From assembly GCA_018262795.1 (NCBI GenBank), contig JADFDM010000001.1:205308-269307 (forward strand): a stretch of 64,000 nt of DNA, given 5' to 3'. The notes beneath the pieces are model-generated. The model was not told where the DNA came from, made no database searches, and saw nothing but the letters and a program-made list of their open reading frames with translations. Positions 1 through 9,675 of this stretch are shown here, one piece after another (position 1 is the first letter of the stretch; each line of letters opens with the position of its first letter). Origin of the DNA: Sphingobacteriales bacterium (GTDB lineage Bacteria; Bacteroidota; Bacteroidia; Chitinophagales; LD1). Position numbers and translations under genes: made by a program.

Positions 1-490
1 AGTCAATCATCACCGTTACTTTATAGCGATCACTGGGCATGGCTAAGTATTCTACACCGCTTTCGGTATCGGTGTAATGAATATTCTGACGCAATTCAAA
101 TACTTCGCGTTCTTCGTTCTGTTCGGTGATTCCTGCTTTTTCTAATGCCTCTACAAAAAAACGGGCGCTGCCATCCATAATTGGAATTTCAATTCCGTTC
201 GTTTGCACCAGCACATTATCAATCTGCAATCCTACCAAGGCACTCATCAAATGCTCGACAGTGGCCACCATTGCGTCTCCTTTTTCGAGAGTAGTACCGC
301 GTTGCACGCTGGTCACCAAGTCGCAGTCGGCAGCAAATACGGGTTGGCCATCTAAATCAATGCGCTGAAATTTGATGCCGTGGTTGGGCGGAGCCGGTTG
401 AAAGGTAACAGTTACCTTGGCTCCGGTATGCAAACCGACCCCCGTTAAAGAGGTCTCTTTTTTGATAGTTTGCTGAAAAGAATGCGTCAT
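1..490 (-). CDS. lpxC: UDP-3-O-acyl-N-acetylglucosamine deacetylase LpxC, N-terminal part. The gene runs off the left edge; it is often fused to FabZ in Bacteroidota, which cannot be seen here.
   Basis: My own translation from ATG (minus strand) at 490-488 gives MTHSFQQTIKKETSLTGVGLHTGAKVTVTF...ATVEHLMSALVGLQIDN...EIPIMDGSARFF. It carries the conserved LpxC motifs GVGLHTG, TVEHL and PIMDGSA. It is absent from the ORF track because it is open at the window edge. It lies directly downstream of lpxD. Confidence 0.9.
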   Translation of the reverse strand, partial: MTHSFQQTIKKETSLTGVGLHTGAKVTVTFQPAPPNHGIKFQRIDLDGQPVFAADCDLVTSVQRGTTLEKGDAMVATVEHLMSALVGLQIDNVLVQTNGIEIPIMDGSARFFVEALEKAGITEQNEEREVFELRQNIHYTDTESGVEYLAMPSDRYKVTVMID

Positions 491-537
491 TAATGATTAA
501 TTAAAGGGGGCAAAACTAAAATTTTAGAAGAAATATG

Positions 538-1593
538 TCATTCATCTGCTTTCGACTCCATGTCTTTGAGTTTTTGCTCCAGTTCCCCTATTTTTTTTAT
601 TAGCTCAGGTAACCGCTTAATGGCCGCTAACTGACGGTAGTGCTCTCGGGCATCAATAGCCGGAGCCCCCGAAATTCCTTTCCCCTTTTCGGTCACATCG
701 CGTATTACTGCCGCTTGAGCCTGAATCTTTACCCCATCGGCTATGCTCAGGTGTCCGGTTATGCCCGCTTGGCCGCCTATCATTACATTTTTGCCAAACC
801 TGCTGGAACCTGAAATGCCTGCTTGTGCAGCAATCACTGTGTTTTCGCCTAACTCCACATTATGAGCCACCTGTATTAGGTTATCGAGTTTTACCCCGTT
901 GCCAATAAGGGTGGAGCCAATCACTGCCCTGTCAATGCAGGTGTTAGCCCCCACTTCTACGCGATTGCCTATCACCACATTCCCTGTTTGCGGAATCTTT
1001 TTGTAAGTGCCGTCCTCTTGAGGAGCGAAGCCAAAACCATCACTTCCAATCACCGCACCGGAGTGAAGAATACAGTTGTCACCCACTTTGCATTCGTGAT
1101 ACACTGAAACGTTGGCATAAATGATCGTGTTGTTGCCGATGCTCGCTTTGTTGCCGATATATGAATTCGGATAAATGGTCACGTTGTCGCCAATGCTCAC
1201 ATCGTCTCCTATGTAAGCGAAAGCGCCCAACTGAAAGTTTTGTCCATAGCTGCTATTTTTTCCAATATAGCTTTGCTTTTCAATGCCGGCTGTTTTTTGC
1301 TCATGGTTCATTGCCGCATATAACTCCATCAGTTGCTGAAAAGCCTTATAAGGCTCTTTTACGCGCAACACCGCCCCAATATTCTTCCCATTATACTCTA
1401 GGGTTTCGTCACAAAGCAGAATACCAGCTATGGCTGTTTGGGCATAGTGAAAGTATTTGGGGTTAGCTAAAAAGCAGAAAGAGTCTTTATCGGCCTCTTC
1501 AATTTTAGCGAGTTTCACCACTCGTGTTTCAGGGTTTCCTTCCAGACCGGCATTTAGGATGACGGCTAATTCCTTCGCTGTTATCTCCATCAC
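538..1593 (-). CDS. lpxD: UDP-3-O-acylglucosamine N-acyltransferase
   Basis: 351 aa with long runs of left-handed beta-helix hexapeptide repeats ([31 protein letters not shown]...). Typical LpxD size, and positioned upstream of lpxC. Confidence 0.93.
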   Translation of the reverse strand: MMEITAKELAVILNAGLEGNPETRVVKLAKIEEADKDSFCFLANPKYFHYAQTAIAGILLCDETLEYNGKNIGAVLRVKEPYKAFQQLMELYAAMNHEQKTAGIEKQSYIGKNSSYGQNFQLGAFAYIGDDVSIGDNVTIYPNSYIGNKASIGNNTIIYANVSVYHECKVGDNCILHSGAVIGSDGFGFAPQEDGTYKKIPQTGNVVIGNRVEVGANTCIDRAVIGSTLIGNGVKLDNLIQVAHNVELGENTVIAAQAGISGSSRFGKNVMIGGQAGITGHLSIADGVKIQAQAAVIRDVTEKGKGISGAPAIDAREHYRQLAAIKRLPELIKKIGELEQKLKDMESKADE

Positions 1594-1839
1594 ATGTTCT
1601 TAGATTCGTTTAAACGTTGCCGCTAAGATATATTGTGTACTTGTATTTCAATACTTATCCACCTTCGATTAAAAAGGTCGTTCCCTATTAGCGAAGAATA
1701 AATGGTCGGCAAAGGTATGTTCTCCCCTATTTTGAAGATTTAGTCATTAGGCGCTGACCTCTACTATCAACGAAAGTTTAATGGCTTATCAGTATTAATG
1801 AGAGATGCGTGTGAAGCAGAAGCAGGTAAAGTGAAATAC

Positions 1840-3069
1840 TTATTGGCTCAAATTCTTTGGGTAAAACACATAGTGCTTAACGACCGGAACGCTTAACATA
1901 GAAATATTCAGTTGATCACTGGCAGTGGCAATATCCTGTAGTTTTCCCTGATTGTTGAGGATATGGATCTTGCTCTCTTTCGGGTTGTAGGCAAAGTTGG
2001 AGGTTGTATCGGAAAACACCAAGTAGTTGCTTTCCGCTTCACTCAGTTTATATTCTTCCATCGCTCTTTTATGAAGATGGCGAATTTTGGTATCGGAGAA
2101 AGCCTTGTTGCTGATTTCTATCTTGAATAGTTTGCGGTGGAGGATGGATTCGCAAAGCATTCGCAATACTTTATCTGAACTGTGTTGCCAATACTTTAAG
2201 GCACTGAACAAATCTACATCATCTAACTGCGAATAGTGCTCCAGCACTTCAGGATTTGTTTCAAAATCTTTGAGCCGCACTTTATGTTGCAAAAAATAAG
2301 CAAGAGCCGGAGAGGCCTCCAACGGCTTTCCTTGTTCTGTCAAATATTTAGCTCGCTCAATAGCTTTTACTACCATCAACTCCACACACAACACTGTTTT
2401 GTGAAGGTACACCTGCCAATACATCAGCCTGCGGGCTACAATAAAATTTTCGATGGAATAAATTCCTTTCTGCTCAATCACTATTTCATCTTTCACCACA
2501 TTCATCATCTCTATGATGCGTTCATACGCAATGGCACCTTCGTTGACTCCGGTAAAGAAGGAGTCGCGGGTGAGATAATCGAGCCGATCCACATCTAATT
2601 GGGAGGACACCAACTGATGCAGAAATTTCTTCTTATAACGCCCTTCAAAAATATCAATAGCCATGCTCAACTTTCCCTTGAAATGTTTATTGAGCCGGTG
2701 CATGTAGATGCGTGAAATGTCTTCGTGATTTACTTTATCAATGAGACAATGTTCTAAAGTGTGCGAAAAAGGGCCGTGGCCAATGTCGTGCAGCAGTATG
2801 GCTATGCTCGCTCCCAACTCTTCTTCTTCCGAAATCTTTACTCCTTTTATTTTCAAAATGGAAAGTGCCTTGCGCATTAAGTAAAAAGCTCCCAGGGCGT
2901 GATGAAAACGGGTATGGATGGCACCGGGATATACATAATCGCTCAGTCCGAGTTGCTTGATTCTGCGCAGTCGCTGAAAATAAGGGTGCTCAATAATGTC
3001 AAATATTAACTCGTGCGGAATGGTGATAAACCCATATACCGGGTCATTGAATATTTTGCGCTTGTTCAT
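1840..3069 (-). CDS. HD-domain phosphohydrolase (dNTP triphosphohydrolase-like)
   Basis: 409 aa with HD motifs HTRFHHALG and LLHDIGHGPFSH, followed by DRLDYLTRD. Confidence 0.85.
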   Translation of the reverse strand: MNKRKIFNDPVYGFITIPHELIFDIIEHPYFQRLRRIKQLGLSDYVYPGAIHTRFHHALGAFYLMRKALSILKIKGVKISEEEELGASIAILLHDIGHGPFSHTLEHCLIDKVNHEDISRIYMHRLNKHFKGKLSMAIDIFEGRYKKKFLHQLVSSQLDVDRLDYLTRDSFFTGVNEGAIAYERIIEMMNVVKDEIVIEQKGIYSIENFIVARRLMYWQVYLHKTVLCVELMVVKAIERAKYLTEQGKPLEASPALAYFLQHKVRLKDFETNPEVLEHYSQLDDVDLFSALKYWQHSSDKVLRMLCESILHRKLFKIEISNKAFSDTKIRHLHKRAMEEYKLSEAESNYLVFSDTTSNFAYNPKESKIHILNNQGKLQDIATASDQLNISMLSVPVVKHYVFYPKNLSQ

Positions 3070-3468
3070 GGATGGCGCGAAGAAACGGTTTATTGCTGAG
3101 AATGGAAATAAGATGGTAGGAGGAGTCGGTTTCTATAATTCCAATCATAACAAAAAACAATATTTTATGTGAAATAAAGCGATCAGTTGCCCGATGAACT
3201 GATTTACTATTCTTAACAGATTGCTTTGCACAATAATTCAGGGCAAATAGCTTTATACTTGCAGAGGATAGTAGGGCAATGAACATCGAACCCACTGTCC
3301 TCCTAATAATTTATGAGGAGGCTATACTCTAATGATTACCTAATAATGAATGAACTACCAGTACCCTATCACATGAACTTACCCTGATATAGCGGTTCAT
3401 GAGAACTATTACACCAATAACCATTATCGAATAATGATTAACGAATAACGATAAACCAATAACGAAGT

Positions 3469-5025
3469 ATGAACAAAATAACTATTCTATGGGCCGATGA
3501 CGAAATTGATTTACTGAAGCCTTCCATTATGTTTTTGGAGAATAAAGGATACCAGGTCATTCCGGTTACAAATGGGAAAGATGCCATTGATAGAGTGGGG
3601 CAGAAAGGGATAGATGTTGTTTTTTTGGATGAAAGTATGCCGGGACTTACCGGCCTCGAAACGCTGTCGCGCATTAAAGAGTTAGATTACCATGTACCGG
3701 TGGTAATGATTACAAAGAATGAAGAAGAGAACTTGATGGAAGATGCCATCGGCTCACAAATTGCTGATTACTTGATTAAGCCGGTCAAGCCACAGCAAAT
3801 TCTTTCCACGCTAAAAAAATTGATAGACAACGAAAGGCTGATCTCTGAAAAAACCACCTCCTCTTACCAGCAAGAGTTTCAGAAACTTTTCATGACCATA
3901 CAAGATAATTTGGATTACCGGCAGTGGGTAGAGCTATACCGCAAACTTATTTACTGGGAAATTGAACTAGATCGCAGTGAAAGCGCTATGAAGGAAGTGT
4001 ATAACACACAGAAGGAAGAAGCGAACCGCGAGTTCAATAAGTTTGTAATAAAGAACTATAAAACATGGATAAACAGTGAGCCGGGCAAAGATGCTCCTAT
4101 TATGAGTCATACGCTGCTCAAAAGTAAATTGGTGCCTTTGTTGAAGGAAGATAAGCCCACCTTTCTGATAGTGATTGATAACCTTCGCTTCGATCAGTGG
4201 AAATCTATTCAACCCTTAGTAATGGATAATTTCAGAGTAGAGGAGGAGGATGCTTTCTTTGCTATTCTACCTACGGCTACACAATACAGCCGCAACGCCA
4301 TTTTTGCCGGTATGACTCCTTTAGAGATTTCTAAGAAGTTTCCCGATATGTGGAAGAACGATGATGAAGAAGGAGGGAAGAACATGTACGAAGCTGATTT
4401 TCTGAAGGACTTTCTGGATAGAACCTTTCACGATTCGGTGAAGCATCAGTATATAAAAATCACTAACCATCGCGATGGCAGTTTGCTGGAAAATAATATC
4501 AGCAACTACCTCAACAATAAGTTAACGGTAATTGTTTACAATTTTGTGGATATGCTGAGTCATGCCCGCACCGAAATGGAAGTACTAAAGGAATTGGCGA
4601 GTGACGAAGCCGCTTATCGTTCGCTTTCTGTTTCTTGGTTTGATCATTCTCCGCTTCAAAATGCACTTCGTAAGCTGGCGGGTAAGGATGTGAATATTCT
4701 ATTGGCTACCGATCATGGAACTGTGCGGGTACAAGATCCCTCCAGATGTATTGGCGACCGTGAAACGACTACTAACATTCGCTATAAAACAGGTAAAAAC
4801 CTAAACTACGAAGATAAAGACGTGTTTGCCGTTCGCGAGCCTGAGGCAATTGGCTTGCCGAAGTCGAGGTTGAGTTCCACTTACATTTTTGCTAAAGAAA
4901 ATAAATACCTCGTGTACCCCAATAATTACAATCACTTCGCTAATTATTATAAGAATACTTTTCAGCACGGAGGTATTTCATTGGAAGAAATAATAGTGCC
5001 GGTGGTTAGGCTCAGCCCTAAATAA
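3469..5025 (+). CDS. porX: PorX-type T9SS response regulator (receiver domain plus PglZ / alkaline-phosphatase-superfamily domain)
   Basis: 518 aa. The N-terminus ILWADDEIDLLKPSIMFLENKGYQV...VFLDESMPGLTG is a CheY-like receiver. The long C-terminal domain has no DNA-binding motif. Size and N-terminus are as in PorX. Confidence 0.85.
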   Translation: MNKITILWADDEIDLLKPSIMFLENKGYQVIPVTNGKDAIDRVGQKGIDVVFLDESMPGLTGLETLSRIKELDYHVPVVMITKNEEENLMEDAIGSQIADYLIKPVKPQQILSTLKKLIDNERLISEKTTSSYQQEFQKLFMTIQDNLDYRQWVELYRKLIYWEIELDRSESAMKEVYNTQKEEANREFNKFVIKNYKTWINSEPGKDAPIMSHTLLKSKLVPLLKEDKPTFLIVIDNLRFDQWKSIQPLVMDNFRVEEEDAFFAILPTATQYSRNAIFAGMTPLEISKKFPDMWKNDDEEGGKNMYEADFLKDFLDRTFHDSVKHQYIKITNHRDGSLLENNISNYLNNKLTVIVYNFVDMLSHARTEMEVLKELASDEAAYRSLSVSWFDHSPLQNALRKLAGKDVNILLATDHGTVRVQDPSRCIGDRETTTNIRYKTGKNLNYEDKDVFAVREPEAIGLPKSRLSSTYIFAKENKYLVYPNNYNHFANYYKNTFQHGGISLEEIIVPVVRLSPK

Positions 5026-5149
5026 ATTCCTCTTTCAAATGGAGCTTAAAAGTGAGTGTGCTCTGTTTTTTCTGTTTTCTGTAATGTTGATTAATGTCAG
5101 CCTACTAATTGCGGGGAGTGATTATTTTCGCACCTCGTGAATTTTTAAT

Positions 5150-6103
5150 ATGGAAAATATGAATACAGCAGTAGAAAGAGTTCATTGTTTGATTATTGGT
5201 TCCGGCCCGGCAGGTTACACCGCAGCCATATATGCAGCTCGCGCCAATCTGAAACCCGTGATGTACACCGGCCTTTTGCAAGGTGGCCAATTAATGAATA
5301 CAACAGAGGTAGAGAATTATCCCGGATATCCCACCGGCATTCTCGGTCCGGAGATGATGGAAGATTTTAAAAAGCAGGCAGAACGATTCGGCACCGACAT
5401 CCGTTTTGGCTTAGCCACTAAAGTGGATTTTTCTACCTCCCCTAAGAAAGTTTGGATTGACGACACTAAACTGATAGAAGCGGATGCTGTAATACTGGCT
5501 ACCGGTGCTGAAGCTAAGTGGTTGGGAATTCCCAGTGAAAAGAAGTTGAATGGCTCCGGAGTTAGCGCCTGTGCTGTATGTGATGGGTTCTTTTTTAAGA
5601 ATGCTGAAGTGGCCATCGTGGGTGCCGGAGATACCGCTTGTGAAGAAGCGATATATCTAAGCAAACTTTGCAGTACCGTTCACATGTTTATTCGAAGAGA
5701 TGAAATGCGCGCTTCTAAAATTATGCAGGACAGAGTGTTAAATACTCCAAACATTAAAGTGTACTGGAACACCGAAACCGATGAAATTTTAGGTGATACC
5801 GTGGTAGAGGGAGTGCGAATAAAAAATAACAAGACCGGTGAGACACAAGTAATTCCTATCACCGGATTTTTCGTAGCTATTGGCCATCAACCCAACTCTG
5901 CAGTTTTCAAAGATTATCTCGATACCGATAAAGAAGGCTATATCATTACCAAACCCGATTCTTCAAAAACCAATATCGAAGGAGTATATGCCTGTGGAGA
6001 CCTTCAGGATAAGGTATATCGCCAAGCCGTTACGGCTGCGGGCACCGGCTGTATGGCTGCTCTCGAAGCCGAACGTTGGCTTTCCGAAAAGGGGATTCAC
6101 TGA
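5150..6103 (+). CDS. trxB: thioredoxin-disulfide reductase
   Basis: 317 aa with FAD motif IIGSGPAGYTAAIYAAR, redox-active CAVCDG and NADPH motif VGAGDTACEEA. Confidence 0.95.
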   Translation: MENMNTAVERVHCLIIGSGPAGYTAAIYAARANLKPVMYTGLLQGGQLMNTTEVENYPGYPTGILGPEMMEDFKKQAERFGTDIRFGLATKVDFSTSPKKVWIDDTKLIEADAVILATGAEAKWLGIPSEKKLNGSGVSACAVCDGFFFKNAEVAIVGAGDTACEEAIYLSKLCSTVHMFIRRDEMRASKIMQDRVLNTPNIKVYWNTETDEILGDTVVEGVRIKNNKTGETQVIPITGFFVAIGHQPNSAVFKDYLDTDKEGYIITKPDSSKTNIEGVYACGDLQDKVYRQAVTAAGTGCMAALEAERWLSEKGIH

Positions 6104-6177
6104 GTCTTTTAAAAATAATTTTGCGAATCTTTCGCAATAAACTTGCGAATTTTCTGTTTATGCCTCAAATTTGCGGT

Positions 6178-6801
6178 ATGAAACTCCGTGGAAAGTTTGT
6201 GTTATTGTTGTTGGTGGTTATGGCGCTTTCTTCTTTTAGAAAAGCAAACCCAGTAGATGATTGGGTGTACGAGCGTGAAAAGAAAGGAATTAAAATCTTT
6301 ACCAAAAAGAGCAAATGGGGTCGCTTGCGCGATTCGAAAGCCGTAATGTTAGTGAATGAATCACCCGAGCAAATGGTGCAACTGCTCACTGATTTTGAAA
6401 AATATCCAACTTGGTTGCCGCGCTGTAAAAAAGCTCGTGTTTTAGCGCGCTTAAGTGAAAACGAATTTATTGCACACATTGTATTTAATGCTCCTTGGCC
6501 GGTTGCCGACAGAGACTGTGTGGTGCGTATTAAAATAGAGAAAGACCCGGCTACGGGAATGATTTTAATTACAGAAGTATCAGAACCTAAGTACTTGAAA
6601 GAACAAGAAGGAGTGGTGCGTATTCAGCAATTAGTAGCTACATGGAAATTAGTTCCGAAAAGTACGGGAACAGAGGTGACGAATGAATACTCTTCTAACC
6701 CGGGGGGGAATATTCCCGATTGGATGACCAATACGCAAAGCGTGGACAACCCGCTCGCCACTTTTGAAAACATTCAGCAGAGAACCACTACCAAGAAGTA
6801 G
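6178..6801 (+). CDS. secreted START / SRPBCC lipid-binding domain protein
   Basis: I placed the start at the internal ATG at 6178 (MKLRGKFVLLLLVVMALSSF signal-like N-terminus). The track ORF start at 6076 would overlap trxB. The body resembles START domains (YPTWLPRCKKARVL...). Confidence 0.65.
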   Translation: MKLRGKFVLLLLVVMALSSFRKANPVDDWVYEREKKGIKIFTKKSKWGRLRDSKAVMLVNESPEQMVQLLTDFEKYPTWLPRCKKARVLARLSENEFIAHIVFNAPWPVADRDCVVRIKIEKDPATGMILITEVSEPKYLKEQEGVVRIQQLVATWKLVPKSTGTEVTNEYSSNPGGNIPDWMTNTQSVDNPLATFENIQQRTTTKK

Positions 6802-6865
6802 TTAAGTTAGCTGCGAGTGCAATAAGTCAATTCACACTTCGTCTATTCACTAATTCAACGAGTAT

Positions 6866-7381
6866 ATGAGTCAGAATATTTATGATTTCAGCGTGAAAGA
6901 CCTCCACGGAAAAATAGTCCATTTGGCCGATTATAAAGGCAAAGTATTGTTGATTGTAAATATCGCCTCGGCTTGCGGGCTTACTCCACAATTAGACGGA
7001 CTTCAAAAGTTGTATGAAAAATACAGAGGAAAAGGATTCGAAATACTCGGATTCCCGTCTAATGAATTTGCCGGGCAGGAACCTTTAAAAGGAGATGCAA
7101 TTCAGGAGTTCTGCTCTGTTAATTACGGAGTGAATTTTAAAATTATGCATAAAGGTAAAGTGAAGGGAAGCCATGCGCAGCCACTTTATCAGTTTCTGGC
7201 AGAGGAAACCAAAATTTTGGGATTAAAGAAGAATTTCCCGGTATGGAATTTCCAGAAGTATTTAGTTGACCGAAATGGCAATGTGGTTGATTATTTTATA
7301 CCCACCACCACTCCTGAAAGTGACAAAATAGCCGAAAAGGTCGAGAAATATCTGGCAGAAAAGGCTGTGGAAATCGTTTAA
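6866..7381 (+). CDS. glutathione peroxidase (Cys type)
   Basis: 171 aa with VNIASACGLTPQ and FPSNEFAGQEP motifs. The catalytic residue is a TGC Cys codon, not TGA. Confidence 0.92.
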   Translation: MSQNIYDFSVKDLHGKIVHLADYKGKVLLIVNIASACGLTPQLDGLQKLYEKYRGKGFEILGFPSNEFAGQEPLKGDAIQEFCSVNYGVNFKIMHKGKVKGSHAQPLYQFLAEETKILGLKKNFPVWNFQKYLVDRNGNVVDYFIPTTTPESDKIAEKVEKYLAEKAVEIV

Positions 7382-7413
7382 TCGCCAACGGCACAATAAT
7401 TGACAAGTAAAGA

Positions 7414-7421
7414 TACATTTG
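7414..7421 (+). promoter_or_regulatory. putative Bacteroidota -7 promoter box TACATTTG (TAnnTTTG)
   Basis: Perfect match to TAnnTTTG, 43 nt upstream of the trxA ATG. Confidence 0.5.
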
Positions 7422-7464
7422 CGTCACCCCTCAATCGAATAATTAATTTACTAAAATCAATATT

Positions 7465-7785
7465 ATGGCAGTTCAAATTACAGACAACAATTTTAAGGAG
7501 ACTATCTTAGATAGCGACAAAGTAGCAATCGTAGATTTTTGGGCAGAGTGGTGCGGACCTTGCAAAGCAATCGGTCCCATGATTGAAGAAATATCAAAAG
7601 AATACGAAGGCAAAGCCGTAGTAGGCAAAGTGGATGTAGATAACAATCCTGAAACTGCTATGAAATATGGCATTCGCAATATTCCGACTATTCTATTTAT
7701 CAAAAACGGACAGGTAGTAGATAAGCAGGTAGGAGCAGTGCCTAAAGCAAGTTTGGTAGCTATGCTTAGCAAACACTTGTCGTAA
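7465..7785 (+). CDS. trxA: thioredoxin
   Basis: 106 aa with the WCGPC active site. Confidence 0.96.
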   Translation: MAVQITDNNFKETILDSDKVAIVDFWAEWCGPCKAIGPMIEEISKEYEGKAVVGKVDVDNNPETAMKYGIRNIPTILFIKNGQVVDKQVGAVPKASLVAMLSKHLS

Positions 7786-7800
7786 ACTTTCCTAACTAAA

Positions 7801-7851
7801 TAGCAAAGCGCAACAAGAAGGAGAACTCCTTTGTTGCGCTTTGCTATTTTT
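7801..7851 (+). terminator. rho-independent terminator after trxA
   Basis: A 16-bp perfect stem (TAGCAAAGCGCAACAA at 7801-7816 pairs with TTGTTGCGCTTTGCTA at 7831-7846), followed by TTTTT. Confidence 0.85.
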
Positions 7852-7902
7852 GGGTAGGCTCTAAAGAATATCCAATTTAATAGAATCGGCTGTACGCCAT
7901 TG

Positions 7903-8826
7903 ATGACTATGCTCGAACAACAACACTTCCCGGAAATAGAGAACCTTGAGCTACTCGCTAAACAGGTGGTAGAAGGTTTTATTATTGGCTTACACAAATC
8001 CCCATTTCACGGCTTTTCAGTAGAGTTTGCAGAGCACCGACTTTATAATCCAGGAGAAAGTACCAGGCATCTTGATTGGAAAGTATATGCCCGTACGGGG
8101 AAGATGTTTATTAAACGATTTGAGGAAGAAACTAACCTCCGTTGTCAGCTAGTGATAGATGCTTCCTCCTCTATGTATTTTCCCAAAGATGAAAATGCAA
8201 AAACGAATAAACTGCGCTTCTCTATTCTATCGGCAGCTGCATTAATTAATCTCCTAAAACGACAACGCGATGCAGCCGGCTTGACAATATTTACAGACGA
8301 AGTATTGGTGAATACCGAAGCAAGAAGTAGTTACAAACATCAGCAGATACTCTACATGCATCTTGAAAATTTGCTGAAGCAATCACCACTGAATGTAAAA
8401 ACCGATGCAGCCCGATGTTTGCACGAGATTGCCGATACAGTACACAAGCGCAGTATGATCATCCTGTTTAGCGACATGTTTGATAATATTGATTCCAAAA
8501 ATTCGGACGACCTTTTCAGCGCGCTACAACATCTGAAATACAATAAGCACGAAGTAATTATTTTTCATGTAGTAGATAAGAGTAAGGAACTGGAATTTGA
8601 GTTTGAGAACCGTCCGTATCAGTTTATTGACATGGAAACCGGAGATAAGGTAAAGTTACACTCCAATCAGGTAAAAGATTTTTATGTAGAGCAGATGAAG
8701 AAATTTGATAAAGAATTAAAGTTGCGCTGCGGGCAATATAAGATTGACTTTGTGGAAGCCGATATTAATCAGGACTTCCGGCAGGTGCTGTTGCCTTTCC
8801 TTACGAAGCGCAGCAAGATGATGTAA
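7903..8826 (+). CDS. DUF58 (vWA-like, MoxR-associated family) protein
   Basis: HKSPFHGFSVEFAEHRLYNPGESTRHLDWKVYARTGKMFIKRFEEETN is the characteristic DUF58 core. I prefer the ATG at 7903 to the TTG at 7900. Confidence 0.8.
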   Translation: MTMLEQQHFPEIENLELLAKQVVEGFIIGLHKSPFHGFSVEFAEHRLYNPGESTRHLDWKVYARTGKMFIKRFEEETNLRCQLVIDASSSMYFPKDENAKTNKLRFSILSAAALINLLKRQRDAAGLTIFTDEVLVNTEARSSYKHQQILYMHLENLLKQSPLNVKTDAARCLHEIADTVHKRSMIILFSDMFDNIDSKNSDDLFSALQHLKYNKHEVIIFHVVDKSKELEFEFENRPYQFIDMETGDKVKLHSNQVKDFYVEQMKKFDKELKLRCGQYKIDFVEADINQDFRQVLLPFLTKRSKMM

Positions 8827-8836
8827 GAACAACATC

Positions 8837-9613
8837 ATGGCAGCAATAGACTTACATTATAAAGAATTCGGGAAGGGATTTCCCTTGATCATTTTACACG
8901 GATTGCTCGGTTCGTTAGATAATTGGCAAACGGTGGGCAGAAAGTTGTCGGAAAAATTCCGCGTGTTCATCGTAGATCAGCGAAATCATGGAAAATCTCT
9001 TCATACCGAAGAATTCAACTACCACTTGCTGTCACAAGACTTGCTGCGCTTTATGGAACTACACCAAATAAAAAAAGCATACTTGATGGGGCATTCTATG
9101 GGGGGCAAAACAGTGATGAATTTTGCCTTGCAACATCCCGACAGAGTAGAAAAATTGATAGTCGTGGATATTGCTCCTTCTGCTTATGCTGATCATCACC
9201 ATGTGATTTTTGATGCGTTGTTTGCCGCAGATGTAGCAAAGGCTGTTTCCCGTGACGAAGTGGAAGAAAGGTTGCGGATAAAGTTAAATAACGATGAACC
9301 AATCGTGCAATTTCTGTTGAAAGGGCTTACCCGAAATGAAAAGAACGAAGGTTTTCATTGGAAATTTAATGCAACAGCTCTTTGGAAGAATTACGATATT
9401 ATCTCGGCAGCCGTCACTTCATCGCGTCCATTTACCGGAGAAACTCTTTTTATAAAGGGAGAAAAGTCCGATTACATTAATGCGGCAAACGGAGTAGAAA
9501 TTGCATCCTTATTTCCCAATTATCACTTAGCTGAAATTAAAGGCGCAGGGCATTGGGTGCAAGCAGAAAAACCGACAGATTTTATAACTGCTACACTCAA
9601 TTTTTTATCATAG
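8837..9613 (+). CDS. alpha/beta-fold hydrolase
   Basis: 258 aa with HGLLGS oxyanion region, GHSMGG nucleophile elbow and C-terminal GAGHWV. Confidence 0.85.
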   Translation: MAAIDLHYKEFGKGFPLIILHGLLGSLDNWQTVGRKLSEKFRVFIVDQRNHGKSLHTEEFNYHLLSQDLLRFMELHQIKKAYLMGHSMGGKTVMNFALQHPDRVEKLIVVDIAPSAYADHHHVIFDALFAADVAKAVSRDEVEERLRIKLNNDEPIVQFLLKGLTRNEKNEGFHWKFNATALWKNYDIISAAVTSSRPFTGETLFIKGEKSDYINAANGVEIASLFPNYHLAEIKGAGHWVQAEKPTDFITATLNFLS

Positions 9614-9629
9614 CTTCCTCTCAATTTTT

Positions 9630-9637
9630 TACATTTG
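9630..9637 (+). promoter_or_regulatory. putative -7 promoter box TACATTTG
   Basis: Perfect TAnnTTTG, 38 nt upstream of the fbaB ATG. Confidence 0.5.
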
Positions 9638-9675
9638 TCGCGCTTTATTTCAGACGTTATTAAAAGCATTTTACC

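Noticed and set aside
3044-3295. 83-aa ORF in the HD / porX divergent intergenic region. The same applies to the ORFs at 32131-32484 and 34288-34563.
   Set aside because: Each overlaps the 5' end of a well-supported gene on the opposite strand or lies in promoter DNA. None has a recognisable motif, and their composition is typical of AT-rich non-coding sequence.
6076-6177. N-terminal extension of the START-domain ORF that overlaps the trxB 3' end
   Set aside because: The extension has no signal-like features. The internal ATG at 6178 gives a canonical signal peptide and removes the overlap.
6866-7381. Selenocysteine (TGA) recoding in glutathione peroxidase
   Set aside because: The catalytic position is encoded by TGC (Cys) in ...ASACGLT..., and there is no in-frame TGA.
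7473-7997. 174-aa minus-strand ORF spanning trxA, its terminator and the start of the DUF58 gene
   Set aside because: It overlaps a certain thioredoxin gene and a strong terminator hairpin, so it is implausible as a gene.
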